Assembly: GCA_965248355.1 (NCBI GenBank)
Contig: OZ252098.1
Location: forward strand, 96,001 to 160,000
DNA length: 64,000 nucleotides
DNA from: Candidatus Latescibacterota bacterium
GTDB lineage: Bacteria; Latescibacterota; UBA2968; UBA8231
Reading direction: 5' to 3'
Each line of letters begins with the position of its first letter. Position 1 is the first letter of the stretch. A program made the translations under genes and the position numbers. Shown here one piece after another: positions 31,652-41,500 of the stretch. The notes below the pieces were generated by a model. That model was not told where the DNA came from and made no database searches. It worked only from the letters and a program-made list of their open reading frames with translations.

Positions 31652-32619
31652 TTCCTGCTGGCGGCCACGTTGTTCCTCAGCACGCCGATCTTCGAGATCT
31701 CGATCTCGACCCGGTCCCCGGGCTGGAGGAAGGTGCCGGTGGTGGCGCCGACGCCGGAGATCGTGCCCGTGCTGATGATGTCCCCCGGCTCCAGGGTGAT
31801 GATCGCCGAGATGTACTCGATGATGTCGGCCACGTGGTAGAGCATCTGGCCGGTGTTGTTGTGCTGCTTGCGCTCGCCGTTGACGAAGGTGCTGATGTCG
31901 AGGTCCTGGGGATTGCGGATCTCGTCGGTGGTGACCAGCCACGGCCCCTGGGGCGCCGCCGTGTCCAGCCACTTGCCGTTGAGCCAGTCGAACCACTCGT
32001 CCTTGGGGCGGCTGGAGGAGCGCTCCTTGATCACCAGCTGGCGCTCGGAGACGTCGTTCATGATGGTATAGCCGGCCACGTAGCGGAGGGCGTTGGCGGA
32101 CTTGATGGCCTTGCCCCGCCGGCCCATGACCACGGCCAGCTCTCCCTCCCAGTCGATGGCGCGGGCCACGGGCGGCACCAGGATCCGGTCGCCCGGACCG
32201 ACGACGGTCGTGGTGGGCGGCTTCATGAAGACCCGCGGGGTCTCCTTGTCCTGGGCCGCCATGCGGCCCCCGCCCTCCTCGATGTGGTCCTGGTAGTTGC
32301 CGGCCAGGCAGAACAGCTTGGCGGGGTTCGGCACCGGGGCGCGCAGTTTCACGCCCCGCAGAAGGTGCGTGCTCCGGCCGTCGGCCCTGGGCTCGTCGCC
32401 GAGCTTGGCGGAGACGTCCTTCACGAGCCGGCGGGCGGCGGCCATGCCCTTGGCGCCGGCTTGCAGGAAGGTGATCATGTCGCCGTAGAAGGCGTTGGCC
32501 TTGCGCTTCTCGCGGCGGGCGGCGGAGCGTTCGGCCGCGGCCAGGTCGATGACGATGTCGTCACCGGCCATGGCGCCGAGGCGCTGCTGCTTGTTGACGG
32601 CGAAAGTGGTGAGCTTCAT
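31648..32619 (-). CDS. Fumarylacetoacetate hydrolase (FAH) family protein
   Basis: CLAGNYQDH, FMKP, DWEGEL, GYTIMNDVSER, GKWLD, GPWLVT, LEPGDIISTGT. Confidence 0.92.
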   Translation of the reverse strand: MKLTTFAVNKQQRLGAMAGDDIVIDLAAAERSAARREKRKANAFYGDMITFLQAGAKGMAAARRLVKDVSAKLGDEPRADGRSTHLLRGVKLRAPVPNPAKLFCLAGNYQDHIEEGGGRMAAQDKETPRVFMKPPTTTVVGPGDRILVPPVARAIDWEGELAVVMGRRGKAIKSANALRYVAGYTIMNDVSERQLVIKERSSSRPKDEWFDWLNGKWLDTAAPQGPWLVTTDEIRNPQDLDISTFVNGERKQHNNTGQMLYHVADIIEYISAIITLEPGDIISTGTISGVGATTGTFLQPGDRVEIEISKIGVLRNNVAASRK

Positions 32620-32721
32620 CTGAGTTCTGCCTTTCCCGAGGTGTCTGTCGAGGCGCCGCGGCATAGCCGCTGCCGAAGGGCGCCCGTATATTGCAGCCGC
32701 CGCTAGAGGACGGCGTCATTC

Positions 32722-33300
32722 ATGGGAGCACAACCCTTCGTACACGAGACCGCCGTCGTCGACGAGCTGGTCGAGATCGGCGAGGACACCAGGATCTGGC
32801 ATTTCACCCATGTCATGCCCGGAGCCCGGATCGGCCGATTCTGCATCCTCGGCCAGAACGTCTACGTCGACCGGGACGTCGTCATCGGCGACGGATGCAA
32901 GGTGCAGAACAACGTCTCGGTGTACAAAGGAGTGACCCTGGAGGCCGACGTGTTCTGCGGTCCCTCCATGGTCTTCACCAATGTAATGAATCCCCGGGCC
33001 TTCATCGAGCGCAAGCACGAGTTCCAGCCCATCCTCGTGAAGAGGGGGGCCACCCTTGGCGCCAACAGCACCGTTCTCTGCGGTGTGACGATCGGCGAGT
33101 ACGCCCTGATCGGGGCCGGAGCGGTGGTCACCCGCGACGTGCCGGCGTACGCCGTCGTCTACGGGGTGCCCGGCCGCCAGGCCGGGTGGGTGAGCGAGGA
33201 GGGCCACCCGCTGCAGAGCGCCGGCTCCGGCGCGCTGCGCTGTCCCCGCACCGGGAAGCGCTACCGCCTGGGGAACGGTACCCTCGCCCCGGTGGACTGA
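32722..33300 (+). CDS. Hexapeptide-repeat sugar-nucleotide N-acetyltransferase (WbpD/WlbB-like)
   Basis: HETAVVD...IWHFTH, LGQNVY, VQNNVSVY, FCGPSMVFTNVMNPR, GANST, GAGAVVTRDVP. Confidence 0.9.
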   Translation: MGAQPFVHETAVVDELVEIGEDTRIWHFTHVMPGARIGRFCILGQNVYVDRDVVIGDGCKVQNNVSVYKGVTLEADVFCGPSMVFTNVMNPRAFIERKHEFQPILVKRGATLGANSTVLCGVTIGEYALIGAGAVVTRDVPAYAVVYGVPGRQAGWVSEEGHPLQSAGSGALRCPRTGKRYRLGNGTLAPVD

Positions 33301-33337
33301 TCCTCCCACCCGGCCGGTGCCCCGGCCCGACGCTCCA

Positions 33338-34033
33338 TCAGGACCGCCCGTGCTCCTTCTCGCAGGGCAGGGGATCGGCGGCGTCGTTGGCGGCGAAGGC
33401 GGCCAGCCGCTCGCTGCAGGCGTCGCACCGGCCGCAGGCCGGGCGCCGTCCCGTGTAGCAGGTGTGGGTCAGCTCCCAAGGCACCCCCAGCCCCATGCCG
33501 AGGGCCACGACCTCCGTCTTGGTGCGCTCCACGAAAGGCGTGTGGATGCGGAAGGCCAGCTCCCGCGCGGCGCCGAGCCGCAGGGTCTGCTCCAGGCTGT
33601 CGTAGAACTCCCGCCTGCAGTCGCGGTACGCCTCGTGGTCGTCGCGCACGGGGGCCAGGTAGAGATCGGGGGCCCCCAGTCTCTCGGCGCAGGCGGCGGC
33701 GAGGGTGACGAACAGGAGATTGCGGAAGGGAACCACCGTGTCGATCTGGCGGTCCTCGGACGCGGCGGGAACCTCGAGAGCGGCCTCGGTGAGGGGGCTG
33801 CCGCCGATGGCGCCCGGATCGAGGGGCAGGACCTGGTGCGAAGCGGCGCCGGCGCGGCGCGACAGGACGGCCGCCGACTCCAGCTCGATCCGGTGCCGCT
33901 GTCCGTAGTCGATGGAGAGGGTGTGCAGGGGGCGGTCCCGCCCCTCGGCGCGCAGGTGCCACAACAGGGTGGTGGAGTCCATGCCGCCGCTCAGGAGGAG
34001 GACGGCCGGCCCGGGGGTGAGCGTGGCGGACAT
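33338..34033 (-). CDS. queC: 7-cyano-7-deazaguanine synthase QueC
   Basis: LSGGMDSTT, DYGQRH, VPFRN, YRDCR, THTCY...CGRCDAC. Confidence 0.92.
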   Translation of the reverse strand: MSATLTPGPAVLLLSGGMDSTTLLWHLRAEGRDRPLHTLSIDYGQRHRIELESAAVLSRRAGAASHQVLPLDPGAIGGSPLTEAALEVPAASEDRQIDTVVPFRNLLFVTLAAACAERLGAPDLYLAPVRDDHEAYRDCRREFYDSLEQTLRLGAARELAFRIHTPFVERTKTEVVALGMGLGVPWELTHTCYTGRRPACGRCDACSERLAAFAANDAADPLPCEKEHGRS

Positions 34034-34044
34034 GACGGAGGGCG

Positions 34045-34074
34045 ATGGTACGGGGGAGGGTATCCGGGTGTCAA
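34045..34074 (-). promoter_or_regulatory. Putative sigma70 promoter of queC
   Basis: Minus strand TTGACA-18 nt-TACCAT, ending 11 nt before ATG 34033. Confidence 0.6.
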
Positions 34075-34150
34075 AGGACGGGGCGGCCTCCGGCGCTTGC
34101 CGCCGCGGCGCATCCCGGCTGTTCACCGGGTCCGCTCGGACCATCCCTTC

Positions 34151-34179
34151 TTGACACATTTTCGAGGCCTGGGTAGGTT
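34151..34179 (+). promoter_or_regulatory. Putative sigma70 promoter of the DUF502 gene
   Basis: TTGACA-17 nt-TAGGTT. Confidence 0.6.
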
Positions 34180-34221
34180 GAGCTTTCTGGCCCGTTCTCC
34201 GTGAAGAGCCCGTCCCCCGTG

Positions 34222-34968
34222 ATGAAACAAGAGCCCAGACCCCACAGGCCCAACCGCCTGCACCGGCTGCGCAACACCCTCATGGCGGGCGTCACCGTGA
34301 TCGCCCCTTTGTGGATCACGGGCTGGGTCCTGTGGACGCTGTTCAACTGGGCGGACCGGTTCTCCCGCCCCCTCATACGTCCCTTCGCCGCCATCGCCGG
34401 CGACCCGGACTGGTACTACCGGGGGATCGGGTTCCTGCTCACCATCCTCATCCTCTGGGTCGTCGGCAAGGTGACCACCAACGTGCTCACCCGCCGCCTG
34501 CTGCACGACGTGCGCGAGGCCATCGAGCGGCTGCCCCTGGTGCGCACCATCTACAGCCCCGTGCGCAAGCTGATGGAGACGATGACCTCTCCCGACAAGG
34601 CGGGGTTCAAGCAGGTCGTCCTCTTCGAGTACCCCCGCAAGGGCCTGTGGACTCTCGGGTTCCTGGCCGGCGAGGTGCCCTTCGAGGACGGCCGGCCTCC
34701 GGCCCACAGCATCTTCGTGCCCACGGCGCCCAACCCGACCACCGGGTTCATGCTCATCGTGCCGCGTCACGAGATCGAGCCCACGGGGCTGAGCGTCGAG
34801 GCGGCCTTCCAGATGATCGTGTCGGCGGGCGTCGCCGTGCCGCCGACCCTGCGGCTGCCGGCGAACGTGGCCCGTCCGGACGAGCCTGCGGGCGGCGGGT
34901 CCGTGGAAAGGCAGGTGAGGGTGGCCTCCGAGGCGCCGCCGCCGCGATGGACGGAGACGCCGACCTGA
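34222..34968 (+). CDS. DUF502 family membrane protein
   Basis: RLPLVRTIY, VVLFEYPRKG, FVPTAPNPTTGF, SVEAAFQMIVSAG; start could be GTG 34201. Confidence 0.88.
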   Translation: MKQEPRPHRPNRLHRLRNTLMAGVTVIAPLWITGWVLWTLFNWADRFSRPLIRPFAAIAGDPDWYYRGIGFLLTILILWVVGKVTTNVLTRRLLHDVREAIERLPLVRTIYSPVRKLMETMTSPDKAGFKQVVLFEYPRKGLWTLGFLAGEVPFEDGRPPAHSIFVPTAPNPTTGFMLIVPRHEIEPTGLSVEAAFQMIVSAGVAVPPTLRLPANVARPDEPAGGGSVERQVRVASEAPPPRWTETPT

Positions 34969-35103
34969 ACCCCCCTCCCGGGGGACGGGAGGCGGCCGGA
35001 CCTTGCACGAATCCGGCGGACGGTTCGGCTGCGTATATTCCGGCAAGGGCGTGCCGGCGAGTCCGGCCGGACCCCACCGGCAACCGACACACAGGAGGTT
35101 GAG

Positions 35104-35784
35104 GTGTTCTTCGATTCGACCATCATCCTGCTGATCCCCTGCTTCGTCCTGGCCATGTACGCCCAGTCCAGGGTGCGCAGCGCCTACTCCAAGTACAGCC
35201 AGGTCGGCTCCGACGCCGGCCTCACCGGCGCCGAGACGGCCCGCCGCCTGCTGCGCGCGCAGGGCATCGTCGACGTGGCCGTCGAGGAAACGGGCGGCAC
35301 CCTCTCCGACCATTACGATCCACGGTCCAAGGTGGTGCGACTCTCCTCCGGCATCTATCACGGCCGCCATCTCGCCGGCCTGGCGGTGGCCGCCCACGAG
35401 GTGGGGCACGCCATCCAGCACGCCACCGGCTACTTCGCCCTGAACCTGCGCCACAGCTTCCTGCCGGTGGCCAACATCGGCTCCTGGGCGGCCTTCCCCC
35501 TGTTCTTCATCGGCTTCTTCTTCCAGTCGCCGGGGATGGTCGACATCGGCATCTGGCTCTACGCCGGCGTCGTCGCCTTCCAGGTGATCACCCTGCCCGT
35601 GGAGTTCAACGCCAGCTCCCGCGCCATGGCCCAGTTGGTGGACGGGCGTTATCTGCGCGCCGACGAGGCCCGCGACGCCCGGCGCGTGCTCAACGCCGCC
35701 GCCCTCACCTACGTGGCGGCCACGGCCACGGCCCTCATGCACCTCGTGCGGTTGCTGATCCTGCGCCAGAGCATGCGCGACTGA
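35104..35784 (+). CDS. Putative neutral zinc metallopeptidase (YugP/Zn_peptidase_2 family)
   Basis: LSDHYDP, AAHEVGHAIQH, TLPVEFNASSRA, AAALTYVAA; AGGAGG RBS. Confidence 0.92.
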   Translation: MFFDSTIILLIPCFVLAMYAQSRVRSAYSKYSQVGSDAGLTGAETARRLLRAQGIVDVAVEETGGTLSDHYDPRSKVVRLSSGIYHGRHLAGLAVAAHEVGHAIQHATGYFALNLRHSFLPVANIGSWAAFPLFFIGFFFQSPGMVDIGIWLYAGVVAFQVITLPVEFNASSRAMAQLVDGRYLRADEARDARRVLNAAALTYVAATATALMHLVRLLILRQSMRD

Positions 35785-36493
35785 CCGTCTCCGGGAGTCG
35801 CCCCGACTCTTGACGGGGGCGGCCTTCAGGCAGCGTCAAGTCCCGCGAGCGGACGGACCGACCCGGACGCCCAGTCACCCCGGTCGCTTGGGGAGCGGCG
35901 AACCATGCCGGTGATCGGAGTGCCGCAGTGGGGCAGCCGCTCTCCGTGAGTTCCCGGCGCCTGGGCACTTACCAGTCCGCGCCGGCGACGATGCCCCCGC
36001 ATGTGGGGACGATGGTTCCGCCCCCGACCTCTCGATTCTCTCGCTTGAAGGGATCTCGCCGGACTTGTGGATGGTGAGGTTGTCCAGGGCGTGAATCGCC
36101 TGGTCGGCGGGATCCTCGCGAACCAACTCCGGCGCTCCTGGCGCATGGGGTCCGGATGGATGCCCTTCGAGAGGTCTTGAGCACTGGGCGGTCTCCTGCT
36201 GCCGGCGGCCATATAGGGGGTCGGACATCCCGTCGATCAGGGGCGGTGGGGGGTGGCGCCGGGCCGGTCCGGAGTTGTGGGTGCCGGGGGTTTGCCATAG
36301 AATCCGCGTCGCACGTCTCCCCACGGGGGGGCTCTGATCTACAGCCCCCGAACAGGGAGCCCCGATGTTCGATCGCCACCGCCGGCGGCTGTATCCCAAG
36401 GGCCTCTCCGGCCCCCCCGGCTATCAGGGCGCCCGTGGGACGTGGTGGCCCCCCTCGTTCATCAAGAGCAGACACGGTCCCGGAATCCGCGCC

Positions 36494-38491
36494 ATGGTGG
36501 CCGCTGTCGTCGGGCTCCTGCTGCCCCTCTCCGGCGAGGCGCAGGTTCGCATCGTCGAGGACGGCAGGGCTCGCGCCGTCGTGGTCACCGCCGATGAACC
36601 GACGCCGACGGCGAGCTACGCGGCGGAGGAGCTGGTCCGGCACATCGCCAGGGCGACGGGCGTGTCGCTGCCGACCGTGCCCGAGTCCGAGGTCCCCGAA
36701 GACGTGCACAGTCGGGTGTACGTGGGGGACAGCGAGACGGGCCGGACCTTCGGGCTCGATCCGGAACGGCTTCCGCGGGAGACTTTCGTCCTTCGCTCCG
36801 TGGGGAACGATCTGTTCATCACGGGCCGGGAGTCCGACGGCGACCCCTTCGCCGAGCACAATCCCGACGTGGGACCCCTCTTCGGCGTGTACGAGATCCT
36901 CGAGAGGGTCCTCGGCGTGCGCTGGCTCTGGCCTGGCGACCTGGGCACCTATGTCCCCAGGACCGACGTCGTCCGGATTTCCGCCATAGACGAGACGTCG
37001 TCGCCCGCCCTTCGATTCCGGCACTTCTCCTGGGGCCCGATCCGCTCCGTCGCCCTCGGATCGGCGCCGCTGGATCCAGCGGACGAGAAGCTCGGCTTCA
37101 GCCACGACGTCGCCGTGGAGTACGGCAAGGCCGTGCAGGTGCTCCTGCGCCGGCACCGGATCGGCGGCATGGACGCCAAGCCACCGTCGGGCCATGCCTT
37201 CAGCGGCTGGTGGCAGCGCTACGGACGCGAGCACCCGGAGTGGTTCCAGCTGCGCAGGGACGGCGTGCGCGGCGATCCCGACAGCACCTACGCGCACGTC
37301 GCCATGTGCGTATCCAACGAGGAGCTGCAGGACTTCGTGGTCAGCCAGTGGGACGGCGAGAGCGTGCTGCTCCTCGGCCCGGTGGACCGTCCGGGACGCT
37401 GCACCTGCGATCGCTGCCAGGCCTGGGACGCGCCCCAGCCGGAGGAGCCGCCGTGGTTCGCCGAACGGGTCTACGCCACGGACCACCGGGCCCAGGAGGA
37501 GTTCTCCGGGGTGACCTCGGACCGCTACGCCCGGTTCTGGAAGGCGATCCACGAGAAGGCCAGAAAGCGGAATCCCCATGCCATGGTCTCGGTCTCCTTC
37601 ATCTATGAGAATGAGTTCCCGGCGCCCCTCTTCGACATCCACCTCGGCAAGAACCTCTACGGCGAGTTCGTCCAGTGGCAGGATCCTCACCTCCGTTACT
37701 TTCCCATGCCCCCCGAGGCCTATGAGTGGGTGAAGGCGCAGTGGCTGGGATGGCGGAAGACGGGCATTCGCATGGGCTACCGGCCCAACTACCTGCACGA
37801 CGGGTACGTGCTGCCCCACTTCGACACGCGCCAGTCCGGGGAGTTCTTCAAGTTCGCGTACGAGAACGGCATGGAAGGGGGCAGCTTCGACTCCCTCACC
37901 GGGCAGTGGGGGGTCCACGGCCTGCGGCTCTACATGCACCTGCGCCTCCTGAGCGATCCCACCCTGGAGGTGGACGCCATCCGCGCCGAGTACTGCTCGG
38001 CCTTCGGTCCCGCCGCAGGAACCATGGCCCGCTACTTCGAGTACTGGGAGGACTACTCCTTCGAGAACCACATGCGGTTCATCGAGTTGTTCTGGGAATT
38101 CGGCTGGCGCTACCGCTCCTATGCCCGCAAGGCGCACCTGGCCTTCCCGCCGGAGTCCTTCGGCCCCGCCGACCGGCTGCTGGAGCAGGCGGCGTCGGAA
38201 GCCGGGGCACCGGGTGTGCTGCCGGAATTCGCCGAGCGCGTCGGGTTCGTCCGGGCCGGTCTCGAGCATGCCCGGCTGACCCTGAGGCTGACAGCCCTCT
38301 TCGAAATACAGGAAGAGGTTCCGGACACGGTCCCGGAGGCGAACCGGGCGGAGGCGGAGTCGGCGTTGCGCGACCTGGTCGCCTTCCGCAAGCGGAACCA
38401 GCGTCTGTTCTTCTCCGATCTCCTGTGGGTCACCAGCTTCTGGGAGCGGCCCAAGCTGGCCGTGGACGATCTCGCGGCCGCCCTCGACTAG
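36494..38491 (+). CDS. Secreted DUF4838-domain protein (putative glycoside hydrolase)
   Basis: Signal peptide; AAEELVRHIARATG, GVYEILERVLGVRWLWPGDLG, HPEWF, CVSN, CTCDRC; start uncertain (ORF open from 36365). Confidence 0.8.
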   Translation: MVAAVVGLLLPLSGEAQVRIVEDGRARAVVVTADEPTPTASYAAEELVRHIARATGVSLPTVPESEVPEDVHSRVYVGDSETGRTFGLDPERLPRETFVLRSVGNDLFITGRESDGDPFAEHNPDVGPLFGVYEILERVLGVRWLWPGDLGTYVPRTDVVRISAIDETSSPALRFRHFSWGPIRSVALGSAPLDPADEKLGFSHDVAVEYGKAVQVLLRRHRIGGMDAKPPSGHAFSGWWQRYGREHPEWFQLRRDGVRGDPDSTYAHVAMCVSNEELQDFVVSQWDGESVLLLGPVDRPGRCTCDRCQAWDAPQPEEPPWFAERVYATDHRAQEEFSGVTSDRYARFWKAIHEKARKRNPHAMVSVSFIYENEFPAPLFDIHLGKNLYGEFVQWQDPHLRYFPMPPEAYEWVKAQWLGWRKTGIRMGYRPNYLHDGYVLPHFDTRQSGEFFKFAYENGMEGGSFDSLTGQWGVHGLRLYMHLRLLSDPTLEVDAIRAEYCSAFGPAAGTMARYFEYWEDYSFENHMRFIELFWEFGWRYRSYARKAHLAFPPESFGPADRLLEQAASEAGAPGVLPEFAERVGFVRAGLEHARLTLRLTALFEIQEEVPDTVPEANRAEAESALRDLVAFRKRNQRLFFSDLLWVTSFWERPKLAVDDLAAALD

Positions 38492-38555
38492 GAGATCGGG
38501 TCCCGGCGCGGAACCGCCCTTAGGGCACCGCATGACGGGGGAAAGAGAGAAAGCC

Positions 38556-41500
38556 ATGTCTTCACGCGCAGCGGTTCTGATCCTGGCGCTGATCTGCGGC
38601 CTGGCCATCCCGGCCCAGGCGGTGGAGCCGTGGCCATCGCCAGAGCAGCAGTGGCGCTACGAGTCGAAGGGCCTGAGCAACCCGGTTCCCTACCCGTCGG
38701 TGCCGCGGATCGAGGGCATCCTGATGGGTGAAGGCACCGACCTGGTGCGGCTGGACACGAAGGGCCGGGAGGTGTGGCGGACGCCGCTGATCAGCTTGGC
38801 CAAGGTGGCCGGACAGGTGCAGTGGGCCAGGGAGCGGATCAAGGCGCCGGTGGTGGTGGACCTGGACGGCGAGGGAGCGCCGGAGATCGTGGCCCAGGCC
38901 TCCTACGGCGAGGTCTTCGCCCTGGACGGCGACGGGCAGGTGCTCTGGCGCTGGCCGGGGCTCGGGCCGGTGGACTTCCGCATGTTCGTCACGGCCGGCG
39001 ACGTCGACGGCGACGGCCGCGCCGAGATCGTGGTCCCCTCCAAGGCCGGCTGGGTGGGATGTCTGGACCGGCAGGGGCGGGTGCTCTGGCAGTTCAGCGC
39101 CGGCTGGGAGATGGCCTCTGCGCCGGTGGTGGCGGACCTGGACGGCGACGGCAGGGAAGAGGTGGTCTATGGCAGCGGCTCGCGGGTCCTGGCCCTGTCG
39201 GGTTCGGGCCGGCTGCTCTGGCAGACCGAGCTGTCGGCGTACGAGGCCGTCTTCAGCCGCAACCGGCCCTTGGTCATGGACGGGGACGGAGACGGCCGCA
39301 CGGAGGTCTACATCCTGGACTGCGTGCGCAACCTGGTGGTGCGGCTGGATGGTCCGACAGGCGCCGTGGCGTGGGTCGAGCCGCAGCCGAGCTACTACGG
39401 ATACCTGGGGCTGAGCGCGGCCGATCTGGAGGGCGACGGCGTCTTCGATCTGATCGTCACGGGCAAGTCGACCCTGGTGGCGCGCATGAGCCTGTCCGGC
39501 GGCAGCACCCTCTGGGGCACGCAACTCGGTGGACGGGGGATCTTCTTCGCGCCGGCCGTGGCCGACCTGAACGGCGACGGGGCGCAGGAGGTCGTGGTGG
39601 GCGTGCGGGGTCACTCGCCGGACGAGCGGCGCACGGCGTGGTACGTGGTCGATCCCTCGGGGGAGATCCTGGCCGCCGTGGCGCAGGAGGACGGCGGCAT
39701 CCACGCGCCGCTGGTGGCGGACCTGGACAGGGACGGCCGCCTGGAGGTGGTCTCGGGCGAGAGGCATCTGACGGCGTGGGAGTTCCCCTTCGAGGGCGGC
39801 GCCATCGCCGCCGGCCACATGTGGGGCGGGGACGAGCTGCCGAGCTCGCGCCTGGCGCCGTCCGAGGCCCGCCCCGCCGGAGAGAAAGGCGTGCTGGTGA
39901 GGTCCTTCCCGCCGCCGCACTACGGGTACAACCTTCTCGAGCTCGATTCGCCCGACACCGAGCCGGGCGATCATGTGGAGGTCTCGGTGCTCGGTCCTTC
40001 CGGGGTGCGCTGGAGCCGCGTCCACCCGGTCCGGGCCGGAGATCCGCCGGCCTTGCGGTATCCCGTACGGCGGCCCGGGCGCCACCAGGTGGAGGTGCGG
40101 CTGCTGGATGGGGCCGGAGTCGTGAAGCGCTATCAGCGCCGGGCGGTGAAGGTGGGGGACCTGCTCGGGCCGGTGGCCCGGCAGATGGAGACGGTGGTGG
40201 GACAGGCGCGGCAACTGGCGGGAGAGCTGGCCGACCGGCAGCCCCGGGCGGCGCGCTTTGCGCTGCATCAGGCCGCCAGGCTCCAGGGGGACCTGGCCTT
40301 GCTGGAAGCCCGGACGAAGGGCGTGGAGTCGTTCACCTGGAGGGAGCACGAGGCCCTGGCCGACCAGGTCCGGCTGCTGCTGAAGACGGCGCGGCGCACG
40401 GCGGGCCTGGCGGCGCTGACGGGGCGGCAGGCGTCGGCGCGGGCGAACACGGACCTGGTCGTCTGGGAGGATCCCAATCCCTGGGACCTGGTCAACCCGC
40501 TGGATGAGTTGCCGGCCGACCTCGGTTCTCCCGTGGTGGAGGTGTGGGGGTACGGCAACGAGGTGGAGAACCGCGCCGTGCACGTGCTGAACACCTCGCC
40601 GGCGGGCCTGGTGGTGCGGCTGGAGCCGGGATCGATCGCAACGGCGGACACCAGCGTCGAGCTGGAGCGCGAGGCGGACGAGGTCGTCCGGTTCTCGCAG
40701 GTCGTCTCCCTGTCGTCGAAGCACGCCTACCGCGTGCTGGGAACGGAGACCGACGAGCGGGTGCCGGAGCTGCTGCCGGAGCTGGGTCCGGAGAAGCTCC
40801 TGTCGGTGGCTCCCGGGGAGGTGGAGGACCTGTGGCTGGAGGTGAGCACCTACGGGCTGGCCTCCGGGGAATACATCCTCAAGTGGCCCCTCACGACCCT
40901 GGAGCCGGCGCCGTACCGGGACACGCTGACGGTGCGCCTGCGCGTCTCGGAGGTGGCCCTGCCGGAGCGCGCCTGGGAGCGGCCCTACGTCTTCCATCCA
41001 TGGACCTACCCCCTGCACCAGGGCCCTGAACGGATGCGGCGGCTGGCGGTCCACCTGAAGCGTTCGGGGGTCAACGCGGCCGTCCTGAACCTGCCCTATG
41101 TCCACGTCGACACGACCGGGACCCGGTTGATCAAACCGCTGGACTGGTCGGCCTTCGACCGGATGTGGGAGACGATCGGCCCCCTGAAGCACCTGCTGTT
41201 CCAGAACTACCACATCTACTGGCCCGAGGGAGTGGAGCCGGGCGAGGAGCAGTTGCTCGCGGCTTACGGGACCTATGCCGACGCCGTCTTCCCGCGGCTG
41301 GATTCCCTCGGCATCGGCGCCGACCGGTTCTCCGTGTACCCGCAGGACGAGCCGGGACTCACCGGAGAGGGGTCGGTGCAGACCTACATCGCCAAGGCGC
41401 GCCGATTCGTCGACAGCGATCCGCGATGGCGGGTCTACAGCAACTACGCCGGCACCACGACGGCGGAGCAGGTCGAGAGGATGGCCGAGGTGACCCACGT

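Noticed and set aside
33338-34033. QueC as part of an anti-phage or DNA-modification system (QatABCD, Dpd, CBASS type IV)
   Set aside because: Canonical length and motifs, housekeeping neighbours, no TatD, ATPase, DpdA or cyclase genes adjacent
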